From a virus: DNA of 60,184 nt. Where the stretch lies: IMG/VR virus record IMGVR_UViG_3300006594_000002. One strand, 5' to 3'. A program made the position numbers and the translations under genes. How positions within the stretch are numbered: the stretch's first letter is position 1; every line of letters begins with the position of its first letter. Positions 20,501-29,030 of this stretch are shown here, one piece after another. Below the pieces are notes generated by a model. It had not been told where the DNA came from. It ran no database searches and saw nothing but the letters and a program-made list of their open reading frames with translations.

Positions 20501-21270
20501 GTGCTAACCAACGTATACACACACGCACTATTGAAGCTGCGGGAGCTGCTTGGGCTATCCCACTATTTGAAATAATACACACTACCGGGGGTAACCCTAT
20601 TGACATCACCTTTCGTATAGGGCTACCACATATGGAAGAAGGGGAAGAGGCTACCCCCTTTATGGTAGAGTCTTCCGGCACCTATACACTGACTAATAGC
20701 GTAGACCTAGGAGCCGTTTATACTTCTCGTGTGTCCGCCGCTATGGATGTAAGCTCCGAAAACTACCTAGATATCATAGCCAACTGGGTAACGTTGTCTT
20801 CTGTGCTTACACTCTCCGGTACCGACTCTGCTACTTGGGGGGTGCAACCACAGCTTAGGTATACCTCTGATGATCCTGCAGGCTCGCCTACATGGACTGC
20901 TTGGCAAAACTTAATTGTAGGGGATTATACGGCCAGAGCATTTGAGTTCCGCCTATTACTGTCTAGTACAGACACACATGTTACACCCATTGTAAACGAC
21001 GTAACATTTACTGTTGACATGCCCGATAGGCCCGCAGGGGATAAAAATGTATCGGTGCCCGCTGAGGGTTTAGCTGTCACTTTCTCGCCCGCCTTCAAAG
21101 ATGTTCCTGCAGTAGGCATTACAGGGCAGGATCTGGCTAGTGGCGACAAACTTGTGTATCTGGCGGGGCCTTCAGAGTCTGGGTTTACAGTACAGTTTCA
21201 AAATAGCGGCGGTACAGGTGTTGCACGAACAATGGACTGGATCGCACAAGGATACGGATACGCTTCATAG
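17515..21270 (+). CDS. central tail fibre/host specificity protein, lambda gpJ-like
   Basis: 1251 aa. NPAWVLYDLLT and SRGQAHRLGKWAL are gpJ-family hallmarks. The middle contains fibronectin-III-like repeats. Confidence 0.85.
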   Translation: MHGSFLPEQIIVKSPLKDCVLKGSGGMTGGKSGSGAGRVAVEDPNTLRSNSIARIIDVVSSGPILGLVNDAMSIYFDNTALRGPGGDYQFQGVAWNERTGTVDQDPVTGFSSAENTQAVNVEILYTTPITRTVYGPIDAARVLLSFPALTTQDATTGDLHGGTVALRIYKRTVGAGAWTTARDVTITGKCVTTFQVGYRIELGGTSDWEIKVERLSPDSSQVNIQSHSWWAAITNITEGKFIYPNTAYNTLMVDAQQFGSSIPVRAYDTYGRIIQIPSNYNPVTRVYTGIWDGTFTTGWTDNPAWVLYDLLTSEWDGLGTYITAAQVDKWSLYTIAQYCDELVPDGFGGYEPRYTFNYQITAADDAYKVIQSVASVFRGLAYWASGSIFFAADMPSDPIKLVVPANVRNGEFTYEGIAHSARHSVAMVTWFDPDDMCRQAIELVEDPDLINELGWRPLEVVAYACTSRGQAHRLGKWALDSEKYATEIVTYEAAWDHADISPGEIILLQDPNYASIRLGGRIEAATSNSLTVDEAVTFVAGLTYSIKVVLPDGTLASRDLTNLPGVATVLTFDTVLSTLPIVGAIWIVTASNLEPRQFRVLSMKESTEGYFAITAAMHDPTKYDRVEQGIKLEAPQYTRIYNSRPSAPKSLSISERLYRYNTQVKAAATLSWEPPADTSLVQSYEVEKCRTVQNNNWETVGVTNSNSLEIPNCESGDWSFRVRSIGYNGLLSSWTTKAVTLYGLAAPPADVEDFAMHTIGNIANLQWTANTELDISHYRIKFSTATVGATWGASVDLLPQVSGVSAQVSAMVGTYLIKAVDLSGNESVNATLVVSTIAELFGFNAVEAVSDYPSWEGTHDGTEVRETTLRLATNNNITGGEAGTPGTLPDGWEGYLSEGMNRDIVGFGYENGIYYVEIRFYGTPTGYDGCSVEFPIQAVETGDTWTQSVYVRIIDGTMDNIDWAHLGFFVLDSSYTWPPLEWPAGDPIDMYESSLGANQRIHTRTIEAAGAAWAIPLFEIIHTTGGNPIDITFRIGLPHMEEGEEATPFMVESSGTYTLTNSVDLGAVYTSRVSAAMDVSSENYLDIIANWVTLSSVLTLSGTDSATWGVQPQLRYTSDDPAGSPTWTAWQNLIVGDYTARAFEFRLLLSSTDTHVTPIVNDVTFTVDMPDRPAGDKNVSVPAEGLAVTFSPAFKDVPAVGITGQDLASGDKLVYLAGPSESGFTVQFQNSGGTGVARTMDWIAQGYGYAS

Positions 21271-21279
21271 GAGAGTAAA

Positions 21280-22944
21280 ATGACACAAACAGTGCCCACA
21301 ATAGTCACATCAGAAAGTGGTACACAGCTCACCACGGATCTGAATAACACTTTCGAAAGCTTCCTCTCAAGCCACCGAGGGTCCGATCGTCCGAGCTACG
21401 CCATAGCCGGCACAGTATGGATCAAGACGATCAGTAGTACTTTGGAAGAGGTTTATCTGTATGACGGTGCTGTGGATATCCTTCTTTACACATACAATCC
21501 TACTGCTAGTACGCGCTCATTAGGAGACGCAACCGCTGATTCTGTTAATGTTTCAGGAGCGACACCTCCCGATAACGGTATTTATCTGCCTGCGGCCGAT
21601 TCTTTAGGATTTACCACAAACGGCGTCGAACACATGCGTATTGGGAGTACGGGTAACTTAGGTATCGGTGTTTCTCCTACCTACTTTGTGCACGCTTTCC
21701 AAGCGGCTTCCGGACCACATTTCGTGTTAGAGAATGCGTACGCAGACACTTCTTGTACGGGTCTCTACTTTATTAAGAATCGTGGAAGTGTTTCTGGAGC
21801 ACTTAATACCGTAGCCGCAAACGATTTGTTGGGTAAGATATACTTTCATGGCGCCGACGGTACCAACGCTTCCACCCCGGGGGCCGCTGTTGGGGCAATT
21901 GTTGATGGTTCTGTTTCTGCTGGAGCTGTTCCTACAGCGTTACAGTTCTTTACGGCACCTGCTGGCACATTAACAGAACGTATGAGGATAACCAGTGCGG
22001 GGTATGTGGGGATAGCAACTACGGCACCTACAACAATTTTGGATATTTTGTCATCCGGGGATACTGCTGCGCGCCTTTACGGCAACTCTTATGTTGCATG
22101 GGCTATACAGAGCTTCAGGGCAAGCGCTTCAGACCACGCAATATTAAACCTATATGGTGCTCGTGGTACGTCTGCTTCTCCTGCAGCTGTGGCTGACGGG
22201 GATCTAATAGCTTCTATTTACCCCCGAGGCTACGATGGAGCAGCTTATCAAGTTCTGGGCTCTATAAGATTTGCCGTAGGAGGTACGGTTTCCAGTGGTG
22301 TTGTGCCCGGTAAGTTTTACATCGCAACCGCTAATGCTTCAGGAGCTGTTACAGATCGTTTGTACATCAATGCTGCAGGAAATGTTTATGTGGGAATTAC
22401 AGCACAGGGAGACACGTTACAATACTTAGATGTGCTAAATGTACATTCTGGCAACAGCGCAGGCGCTATTGTACGTTTAGTAACCAACAACGCAGCTAAT
22501 TCTGGCACCACTGTTGTAGATATGGTTAAGTATCGTACGGGGACTTTTAATATCACTAACAATGAACCTAGTGCGTCGTCGTGCATTAATATGCGCGCCG
22601 GCGGTACAGGGGGGGTAACTCTCTCGATGGGAGCTACTTCATGGGCAGCTACTTCAGATATCCGATTGAAGAAGAAGGTGTCTCCTATAGAGAGCACTCT
22701 TGAAAGTTTAATGGCGTTCGACGCTATATCCTATCACTTGGAGAACGATGCTGAAGATTCACCTCTTCGTTTCGGGTTCTCGGCACAAGATGTACAGAAA
22801 GCCTTCCCAGAAGTGGTTAGGAGAATGGTGGATGAAATGGGTACGCTGTGTTTAAGCACCACAGAAATGATCCCCCTCTACCATACCGCCATTAAAGAGC
22901 TTTACGAAAGGGTAAGGGTTTTAGAAAAACTAGCAGCTAAGTAA
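21280..22944 (+). CDS. tail fibre with C-terminal intramolecular chaperone (peptidase S74) domain
   Basis: The C-terminus (TSDIRLKKKVSPIESTLESLMAFDAISYHL...FGFSAQDVQKAFPEVV) is the autoproteolytic chaperone signature. Confidence 0.8.
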   Translation: MTQTVPTIVTSESGTQLTTDLNNTFESFLSSHRGSDRPSYAIAGTVWIKTISSTLEEVYLYDGAVDILLYTYNPTASTRSLGDATADSVNVSGATPPDNGIYLPAADSLGFTTNGVEHMRIGSTGNLGIGVSPTYFVHAFQAASGPHFVLENAYADTSCTGLYFIKNRGSVSGALNTVAANDLLGKIYFHGADGTNASTPGAAVGAIVDGSVSAGAVPTALQFFTAPAGTLTERMRITSAGYVGIATTAPTTILDILSSGDTAARLYGNSYVAWAIQSFRASASDHAILNLYGARGTSASPAAVADGDLIASIYPRGYDGAAYQVLGSIRFAVGGTVSSGVVPGKFYIATANASGAVTDRLYINAAGNVYVGITAQGDTLQYLDVLNVHSGNSAGAIVRLVTNNAANSGTTVVDMVKYRTGTFNITNNEPSASSCINMRAGGTGGVTLSMGATSWAATSDIRLKKKVSPIESTLESLMAFDAISYHLENDAEDSPLRFGFSAQDVQKAFPEVVRRMVDEMGTLCLSTTEMIPLYHTAIKELYERVRVLEKLAAK

Positions 22945-22962
22945 AAGTTTATGCTGACTGTA

Positions 22963-22989
22963 AAAAGGACTTGATTTGTCCTTTTTATT
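22963..22989 (+). terminator. rho-independent terminator after the tail fibre gene
   Basis: The 8-bp stem aaaaggac/gtcctttt (22963-22970 and 22978-22985) has a 7-nt loop and is followed by a T-run. Confidence 0.7.
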
Positions 22990-22999
22990 GATATATAAT
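22971..22999 (+). promoter_or_regulatory. sigma70-like promoter (TTGATT-17-TATAAT) overlapping the terminator loop
   Basis: TTGATT at 22971-22976, which forms the terminator loop, then a 17-nt spacer and TATAAT at 22994-22999. It lies upstream of the ATG at 23033. Confidence 0.45.
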
Positions 23000-23032
23000 A
23001 ATCGCAATCTTAACGCCAGCTAGGAGACTGTT

Positions 23033-23449
23033 ATGAAAGCAATACCCCTTAAACGAATCCCGATGGAAAGCGTCGAGAACCAGTTTCTTGATTACTCAGA
23101 GTTCCTAATCGGGTTGCTACGAGGCCCTAAGAATACACAGAGAGGTTTTGATGCTGATGAACTTGAAAACGCCCTTTCAGTTATCCGCAAACTCAAGTAT
23201 GTTAGAGAACACGCAGACAGGTATATCGAGATCGTTCTAGAGAACGCTGAAGCTAACGTTATAGTGGAGCGTGTGCGGGAGTTTCGTTCTGCGCGCGCGG
23301 ATGAAGCCGTTCTTACCTTTATCAAGGATTGTACGTCGCCCAAGGAGATCAATCTACGAGATCTTTCTGAAGAACACTTTGAGTACCACGATGAGCAAAC
23401 ACGGAAGAAGGCGGAAGAATTACGTAAGAAAGTAAAAGAAGCCGCTTAG
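23033..23449 (+). CDS. hypothetical protein
   Basis: 138-aa helical, charged ORF with an RBS (AGGAGA). No family was recognised. Confidence 0.6.
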   Translation: MKAIPLKRIPMESVENQFLDYSEFLIGLLRGPKNTQRGFDADELENALSVIRKLKYVREHADRYIEIVLENAEANVIVERVREFRSARADEAVLTFIKDCTSPKEINLRDLSEEHFEYHDEQTRKKAEELRKKVKEAA

Positions 23450-23472
23450 ACATACAACCTGTAGGAGGCGCT

Positions 23473-23817
23473 ATGTTTAAAAAGTTCTTGTTGGTTTTTT
23501 TACTGCTGATCTCTATTAGTTTAGCAGTCCCAGTACAAGCAGCTACTAACGGGCGCCTCACTGCAGATGGTACTGCGGTGGTTGTGAATAAAGGGTACCG
23601 TGCTACAGGTATCGCGAGCACCTTGTATCTATCAGGAAGCTTTGGCGGAGGCACTGTTACTGTCGAAGCTTCTCCTGATGAAGGTACTACATGGGTGTCC
23701 GTACCAAATTACTCTTGGACCTCAGCGACAGTTGTGAACCTCACTTTTCAATGGACAGGACTTAGAATTAGGCTCTCTGGTGCTACCTCTCCCTCTATTT
23801 ATTGGTGGGTGCTCTAA
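23473..23817 (+). CDS. small secreted protein (Sec-type signal peptide)
   Basis: The N-terminus MFKKFLLVFLLLISISLAVPVQA|AT has a KK n-region, a hydrophobic core and an AxA-like cleavage site. The remainder is beta-rich. Confidence 0.6.
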   Translation: MFKKFLLVFLLLISISLAVPVQAATNGRLTADGTAVVVNKGYRATGIASTLYLSGSFGGGTVTVEASPDEGTTWVSVPNYSWTSATVVNLTFQWTGLRIRLSGATSPSIYWWVL

Positions 23818-25901
23818 TGCAGAAACTGCGGATCTTTCTTACAGCTTTTTTAGGCTTGCTTCTCTTGTCACCTGCAGGGATCTCCTTTGGAGCCTCTGTA
23901 ATAGGCTCTCCTATAGATGATGGCACTGTACCCGCAAGCGCTCTGACAGGCACAGTAACTTACTCCAGACTCCCTTTGGCGACGTCCTCATCGCCAGGAA
24001 TCATTCAGCCAGGATCCACGCTGTCGATAAGCACAACGGGCGTATTAAACCTAACATCGACAGGTGTACGCGATGTTCGCTCATATGGTGCGTATTGCGA
24101 TGGGATCACGGTCTATGACGCGACTGCATCGGGGAACACAGTAACCTCGGCAACACATACTTTTACGAATCTTGACGTTGGAAAAAAATTAGGGTGCCTT
24201 GGGGCGGGTTCAACTTTTGCTCTTTCCGCAACATCGTCCGTCACGCTTGCCTGGAATACCACTATTGAATCGACGGCTGGCGGCATCGCTTATACGACAA
24301 GCACGGCAACGACACCCGTTTCGAGCGCCGAGTGTGTTTTTGGTCACGACGACACAACATATTTTCAGGCCGCCGAAGATGCAACGACAACGAACGGGGG
24401 TGCAATTGTAATCCCCGCTTTAACATGTATTACTTCGACGGCGATTGATGTTAAAAATTATGTTAATCATGTTGGGGAACACCCCACAAAATCCGTCGTC
24501 ACATGGGTTTCGCCGAGCCACATGACTTCGGCCATGTACCAGGGCTTAGCATCTACAGCAACGTCACACTACACGGGCATTAATTTTTCAGGATTCAAAC
24601 TCGATGGAAGGTTCGCCGTTCAAACCTCATACACGGTTGAGGGGAAGGGCATCTTCATTAAATATATGGAAGACCCGATCATCGAAAAAATGACTGTTGT
24701 CGGCTTTCCGGCAACTGGTATCGGACCCGATTATCTCTACGGCGGAAAACTGCTTTATAACACGGTTAAATACAATGGCAGGCTCAACACGGACGGAACA
24801 TCACAGGGGGCCGGGCTTGGCGGTGCTGGTATTGGCGTAGCCCTAAAAGGAGTGTCTAACGCGGAAGAAAAGTTGTTAATCCACGGAACCGTTGCTGAAG
24901 GAAACGGAAGCTTTGATATTTTTGTAGAGGGCTATCAAGACCCGGTCCAATCAGTCATTATTTCTGAAAGCATTATCTACATGTCGGCAACTCACGGAAA
25001 TGGAATAGGCGAGACGGGCGGCTATCAAAGCGAAATCATCAACAACAAAATTAAAGTCCTTGGCAGCCTTAACGTGACATCGCCGATAGGACAAGGATCA
25101 GCAATCGCGCTGCGAAAGGGAACAACGACGACTTCCCGGCCCGGTCTTCTTACGCTTGTAATGGGCAACCAGATAGCCGATGTGCGCGACGGGATTTTGA
25201 TCGACAACACGGCCACGGGAACAACATGGCCTACAAGCTTCTCCATGCAAACAGAGGTTGCAAATAATTATGTAAAGGACGTTTCGCGATACTGCCTTCT
25301 CTCAAAATCAGAAAGCTCCTACAGCGATATTGTTGGTTTGAGGGTGATAAATAATAGGTTTAGTTCGTGCAAAACCTATGGAAATTATTTCATGGGCACG
25401 TATGGATACAAGGCGCTAACTGTTAGCGGAAACGAGTACAGGACCGCCGGATCAAACGCTATACGCATTGAATCCCCGGTGGATATTTTCAAAAGCGAAG
25501 AAAACCTCTTCTACGACACTGCGACAACGCCAACAATGACGTATGGCTATACGATCTATAATGCCGCCGTCACAAACGGCGCGCTTAAAAATAATATGTT
25601 CAACGCAGTGGCAACGCCGTTTCGAACAGCCGGTACGGGTTCATATGCTGGTGTCATACAAGACAACCCCGGCTACAACCCGATAGGCGCGGCGGAAGTC
25701 GCGGTCACTGCATCGCCCATGACCTACACGGCTGGAACTTCGCCGGAAACGCTTTATGTTCGAGGCGGAACGGTTGAGTCAATTCTTATCGGAAGCGTGA
25801 CGGCTGCGGAAGCTTCTCCGGCAACCATCGAGCTGCCGCCAAATGTAGCCGCGATTATCAACTTCTCGGCAACACCGAGCCTTACAACCTACAAGCACTA
25901 G
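23817..25901 (+). CDS. right-handed beta-helix (pectate-lyase-fold) tailspike/polysaccharide depolymerase-like protein with a hydrophobic signal-like N-terminus
   Basis: ATG at 23817 overlaps the upstream stop as TAATG. VRDVRSYGAYCDG resembles the Pectate_lyase_3 N-cap. Long Gly/Asn/Thr-rich repeat-like beta strands follow. The N-terminus is MQKLRIFLTAFLGLLLLSPAGISFG. Confidence 0.65.
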   Translation: MQKLRIFLTAFLGLLLLSPAGISFGASVIGSPIDDGTVPASALTGTVTYSRLPLATSSSPGIIQPGSTLSISTTGVLNLTSTGVRDVRSYGAYCDGITVYDATASGNTVTSATHTFTNLDVGKKLGCLGAGSTFALSATSSVTLAWNTTIESTAGGIAYTTSTATTPVSSAECVFGHDDTTYFQAAEDATTTNGGAIVIPALTCITSTAIDVKNYVNHVGEHPTKSVVTWVSPSHMTSAMYQGLASTATSHYTGINFSGFKLDGRFAVQTSYTVEGKGIFIKYMEDPIIEKMTVVGFPATGIGPDYLYGGKLLYNTVKYNGRLNTDGTSQGAGLGGAGIGVALKGVSNAEEKLLIHGTVAEGNGSFDIFVEGYQDPVQSVIISESIIYMSATHGNGIGETGGYQSEIINNKIKVLGSLNVTSPIGQGSAIALRKGTTTTSRPGLLTLVMGNQIADVRDGILIDNTATGTTWPTSFSMQTEVANNYVKDVSRYCLLSKSESSYSDIVGLRVINNRFSSCKTYGNYFMGTYGYKALTVSGNEYRTAGSNAIRIESPVDIFKSEENLFYDTATTPTMTYGYTIYNAAVTNGALKNNMFNAVATPFRTAGTGSYAGVIQDNPGYNPIGAAEVAVTASPMTYTAGTSPETLYVRGGTVESILIGSVTAAEASPATIELPPNVAAIINFSATPSLTTYKH

Positions 25902-25914
25902 GGAAGGCCGCGCC

Positions 25915-26151
25915 ATGGCCGATTGCAAATCCGATAAAGCGAACGCCTTCATGACAATCAGTTACAGAACCGTTGTGCTCACGTTGCTCGCGCTGCTGAG
26001 TTTTTTTACAACTCGCATGGTGAACACGCTTGACGGCGTGGTTAGCTCGGTAAACACGCTCACGGTGTCTGTGGCGCGGATGGAGGGACGGCTTGATCGT
26101 GCCGAAAACGATATCGCCAAGCTATGGGAGCGTGGCGGTAAACCCAATTAA
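25915..26151 (+). CDS. small membrane-anchored coiled-coil protein (holin or fibre-associated; function unknown)
   Basis: 78 aa with one TM segment (VVLTLLALLSFFTT) followed by a coiled coil. It shares the NCG-rich codon usage of the tailspike C-domain. Confidence 0.5.
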   Translation: MADCKSDKANAFMTISYRTVVLTLLALLSFFTTRMVNTLDGVVSSVNTLTVSVARMEGRLDRAENDIAKLWERGGKPN

Positions 26152-26161
26152 GGAGGTAACC

Positions 26162-26800
26162 ATGGTAACCGTTTTACAAATACTCGTTGCTGCCCTTCTT
26201 TTAGGCCTTATGTACAGGGTTCGAGGTGGTGGATGGCTGACACTCGAGAACAACCTAATCTGCCGAGCCTTGTGGGGAATAAGCTTATTAATAGGGTACC
26301 TACTACTTCCTTATAACGTAATTTTCACATACACTATCGCGCTCCCACTTCTCAGCTTCGCCAGCTTGTTAATCCCACACGCATACGCACAAAACGTAGG
26401 TACCTGGGCGACCCCGAGCTCGGTACTTCCTTGGACTAAACGTTGGCCTACTATTTATCTACCGAAGTATACACAAGAAGAATGGGATACATTGTCCACT
26501 AAAAAGAAAGTCCTCTTCGACCTCATACAGCTCGTCGGAATAGGTCTTATAAAGGGCTTAGTTCTATTTGCCCCGATCGTATGTGCTTCTATCTTTGTAG
26601 CAAGTCCCTTAAACGCGCTCCCGTGGGTGGCTGTGGTAGTGTGTTTGTTCGCTTTGTTGTTTCCTGCTAGCTACCTTGCAGGCAAATACGTTCCATGGAC
26701 TCTCACAGAAAGTCTTCCGGCTAAGTCAGCTTGTTGGGGGGAGTTCTTTGTAGGAGTATCTCATGCGATTGCGCTAGTTGCGTTAAAGGCATTGGTGTAG
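26162..26800 (+). CDS. polytopic inner-membrane protein (about 6 TM segments)
   Basis: ATG at 26162 after AGGAGG. The sequence has multiple hydrophobic helices. It lies immediately upstream of the endolysin gene. Confidence 0.6.
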   Translation: MVTVLQILVAALLLGLMYRVRGGGWLTLENNLICRALWGISLLIGYLLLPYNVIFTYTIALPLLSFASLLIPHAYAQNVGTWATPSSVLPWTKRWPTIYLPKYTQEEWDTLSTKKKVLFDLIQLVGIGLIKGLVLFAPIVCASIFVASPLNALPWVAVVVCLFALLFPASYLAGKYVPWTLTESLPAKSACWGEFFVGVSHAIALVALKALV

Positions 26801-26801
26801 T

Positions 26802-27281
26802 ATGAACGCTTCTGCTCCGCGTACCGTAAACGAAGAAGGTAAAGCCCTTGTAAGGGAATTTGAAGGACTTCACTTAACACCTTATTTATGTCCCAGGAAA
26901 ATATGGACAATCGGTTACGGACATACACGTACTGTACGAGAAGGCATGAAGATCACCCCCGAGGAGGCAGAGCAGCTGTTAAGTGACGACCTTAATATCG
27001 CCAGTAGGGCAGTGACGCGTTGTGTTGTGGTGCCTCTAAATGATAATCAGTTCGCGGCTCTCTGTAGTTTTGTATTCAATGTAGGAACTGCCAACTTTGA
27101 ACGCTCAACTCTAGTAAAGCTGCTAAACCGTAGTTGGTATGAACAGGTTCCCACACAACTCATGAGGTGGAATCGTGCTGGAGGGCAAGTATTAGGTGGC
27201 TTAGCCCGAAGGCGCGCTGCCGAAGCCCGTTTGTGGGAAAAACCTACAACAGAATTAACCAAGGAGGTAATAAATGCGTGA
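26802..27281 (+). CDS. endolysin, GH24 lysozyme (T4 e / lambda R-like fold)
   Basis: EGLHLTPYLCPRKIWTIGYGHT carries the catalytic Glu and the TIGYGHT motif. QFAALCSFVFNVG is also typical of GH24. Confidence 0.9.
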   Translation: MNASAPRTVNEEGKALVREFEGLHLTPYLCPRKIWTIGYGHTRTVREGMKITPEEAEQLLSDDLNIASRAVTRCVVVPLNDNQFAALCSFVFNVGTANFERSTLVKLLNRSWYEQVPTQLMRWNRAGGQVLGGLARRRAAEARLWEKPTTELTKEVINA

Positions 27282-27534
27282 ACTCTTAAAGCTACTGTTT
27301 ACAGGGCGCGATAACACTACATGGGACGTGGGGAGACTGATCTGGTTTGTTGGCTGTGTCGCCTTCCTCGTCTTTGAAGGTCATGTAGTTTTCTACGCAC
27401 ATACCTTTGACATGACTAACTTTGGGGTTGGTTTTGGGGGCCTCATGATGACCGGTGGAGGTGCTCTATTACTTAAGGCACGCACAGAGCCCGACGGAAA
27501 TAGTACTAAGCTTGACACAACACCCAAGGCGTAG
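27274..27534 (+). CDS. small 2-TM membrane protein (holin/antiholin candidate)
   Basis: 86 aa with two hydrophobic helices, overlapping the end of the endolysin gene. Confidence 0.5.
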   Translation: MRELLKLLFTGRDNTTWDVGRLIWFVGCVAFLVFEGHVVFYAHTFDMTNFGVGFGGLMMTGGGALLLKARTEPDGNSTKLDTTPKA

Positions 27535-27542
27535 GAGTTTTA

Positions 27543-27917
27543 ATGTTTACCCTTGGTGTAAAGGCTCTCGCAGGCATAGCAGTAGTACTGGCAGTGGCAC
27601 TTCTGTTCGGTTGGTTGATAATGTCACGTAACAGTTTAAAAGCGGAATTAGCTCAAGCTAATGCCAACTATATGTTATGTATCAGTGCTAACGAAGAATA
27701 CGTGGGTAAAGTTCTTGAAGCCAACAAGATCGTAGAGCAGTACAAAAAGGAAAACGAACAATTAGTCGTCAAAGCGGCCGAAGCACAGGAGAAGGCAAAG
27801 AAGGAGGCTGCGAAACACAAGGACTTTGCACAGGAGCTCCAAACAGCTAAGCCCACAGGGGATGACTGCGCAGCGTCCAAAAGACTTTTCGATGATTACC
27901 TCAGGAGACGCAAATGA
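27543..27917 (+). CDS. i-spanin (Rz-like)
   Basis: N-terminal TM segment (ALAGIAVVLAVALLFGWLI), then a coiled coil. It overlaps the following lipoprotein gene. Confidence 0.75.
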   Translation: MFTLGVKALAGIAVVLAVALLFGWLIMSRNSLKAELAQANANYMLCISANEEYVGKVLEANKIVEQYKKENEQLVVKAAEAQEKAKKEAAKHKDFAQELQTAKPTGDDCAASKRLFDDYLRRRK

Positions 27918-28180
27918 GATACTTGCTTCTGCTTGCTTGTTTGCTTCTGCTAGGCTGCACCAGCGAGCGAGTTGTTTATAAACCTGTAAAGGTAGAAACA
28001 CCCGTGTATCTGCGTTGTCCTATCGTAAACATCGCCAAGCCTGGGATGCCCACGAAAGATCTAACCCCTAAGGACACACTTTTTAATCAGGTAAAGGCTA
28101 CATTAGTAGAAATCGAACTCCGTCAGGCCTATGAAGCTAGTCTCGAAGCGGCCGTTAGGAGTTGTACAGCACAGGAGTAG
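27914..28180 (+). CDS. o-spanin (Rz1-like outer-membrane lipoprotein)
   Basis: Lipobox in MRYLLLLACLLLLGC|TSE. The gene is separate from the i-spanin gene, with only an ATGA overlap. Confidence 0.75.
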   Translation: MRYLLLLACLLLLGCTSERVVYKPVKVETPVYLRCPIVNIAKPGMPTKDLTPKDTLFNQVKATLVEIELRQAYEASLEAAVRSCTAQE

Positions 28181-28182
28181 AA

Positions 28183-28620
28183 ATGCAACAGCTTGTTACT
28201 ACTTACACGCTTTGCTGCAGAGCCACAGATACAGCAATTTACCTTATGCGCGAAGAACTTAAAAGTAATGGTCTTCGAAAGGAATTCTTACAGAAATGTC
28301 TCCAAGAGCGCCTGCAGGAATTAGGCCCACTTAAAAAGTACCCCGATGTACGCACAGCGCTAATGCGTATGTTCAGGCGTATGGAAATACACCACATCAA
28401 GCCTCTCTTTTTGGGCGGCTGTAATTACTGGAAGAATCTTGCGCTGGTGGAGCCCTCTTTACATAACACCATTCATACTTACATAGCGGCGCAGTGTGAG
28501 AACCTTCCTTGTTTGGAAAAGCAATTGGTATTGCTACCGATACACCCGCAAAAGAAATTGGTGTGGGGATTAGAGAACACAATTATCGCACCCCCAAAAG
28601 CCAACTACCCATCCCCATAG
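28183..28620 (+). CDS. HNH endonuclease
   Basis: EIHHIKPLFLGGCNYWKNLALVEPSLHNTIH is an HNH core. I chose the ATG at 28183, after the spanin stop. Confidence 0.65.
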   Translation: MQQLVTTYTLCCRATDTAIYLMREELKSNGLRKEFLQKCLQERLQELGPLKKYPDVRTALMRMFRRMEIHHIKPLFLGGCNYWKNLALVEPSLHNTIHTYIAAQCENLPCLEKQLVLLPIHPQKKLVWGLENTIIAPPKANYPSP

Positions 28621-28696
28621 GTGCCGACGGGAAGGCCAGGAAAACCCCTACTCGAAGGTTCCTGTAGAGTGTCCTATAAAGGACTCTTAGTAGTCG

Positions 28697-28954
28697 TTAT
28701 TTTTCAACGCTCTTTTTGATTGCTTTTGTTTGTTTTGATTTCTTGCTAGCAGGCGCGTTATTGGAAACTATTCGGTCTGATAGGTTGTAGCATCTCGTTA
28801 TGAGACTTCTCGTTGGAGAATATCGTGTCTTTATGCGGTTGAGGTTGTTGAGCGCTTGCTCCACAGTGAGGTTGGATTTCTTGCGTCCGTTAAACACTAA
28901 GCTCATTTCCCAGAACAGCCGAGTATCCTGGGGGAGGGATTTACGAATGTCCAT
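28697..28954 (-). CDS. hypothetical basic protein
   Basis: 85 aa and the last gene of the minus block. It has its own promoter at 29002-29030 and an AGGAG RBS. Confidence 0.5.
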   Translation of the reverse strand: MDIRKSLPQDTRLFWEMSLVFNGRKKSNLTVEQALNNLNRIKTRYSPTRSLITRCYNLSDRIVSNNAPASKKSKQTKAIKKSVEK

Positions 28955-29001
28955 TTAGCGCTCCTAGAATAAGGAAAAAGATTGGTAACCACGATGTAAT
29001 T

Positions 29002-29030
29002 ATTATAATTACTCTTTATGAAGAAATCAA
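29002..29030 (-). promoter_or_regulatory. sigma70-like promoter (TTGATT-17-TATAAT) overlapping the polA stop codon
   Basis: On the minus strand, TTGATT is at 29030-29025 and TATAAT at 29007-29002. Confidence 0.5.

Noticed and set aside
28621-28696. Bidirectional terminator at the convergent junction of the two gene blocks
   Set aside because: The only hairpin I could draw (about 28666-28688) has 5 bp, a mismatch, then 2-3 more bp, and no clear U-tract on either strand. This is too weak to call.
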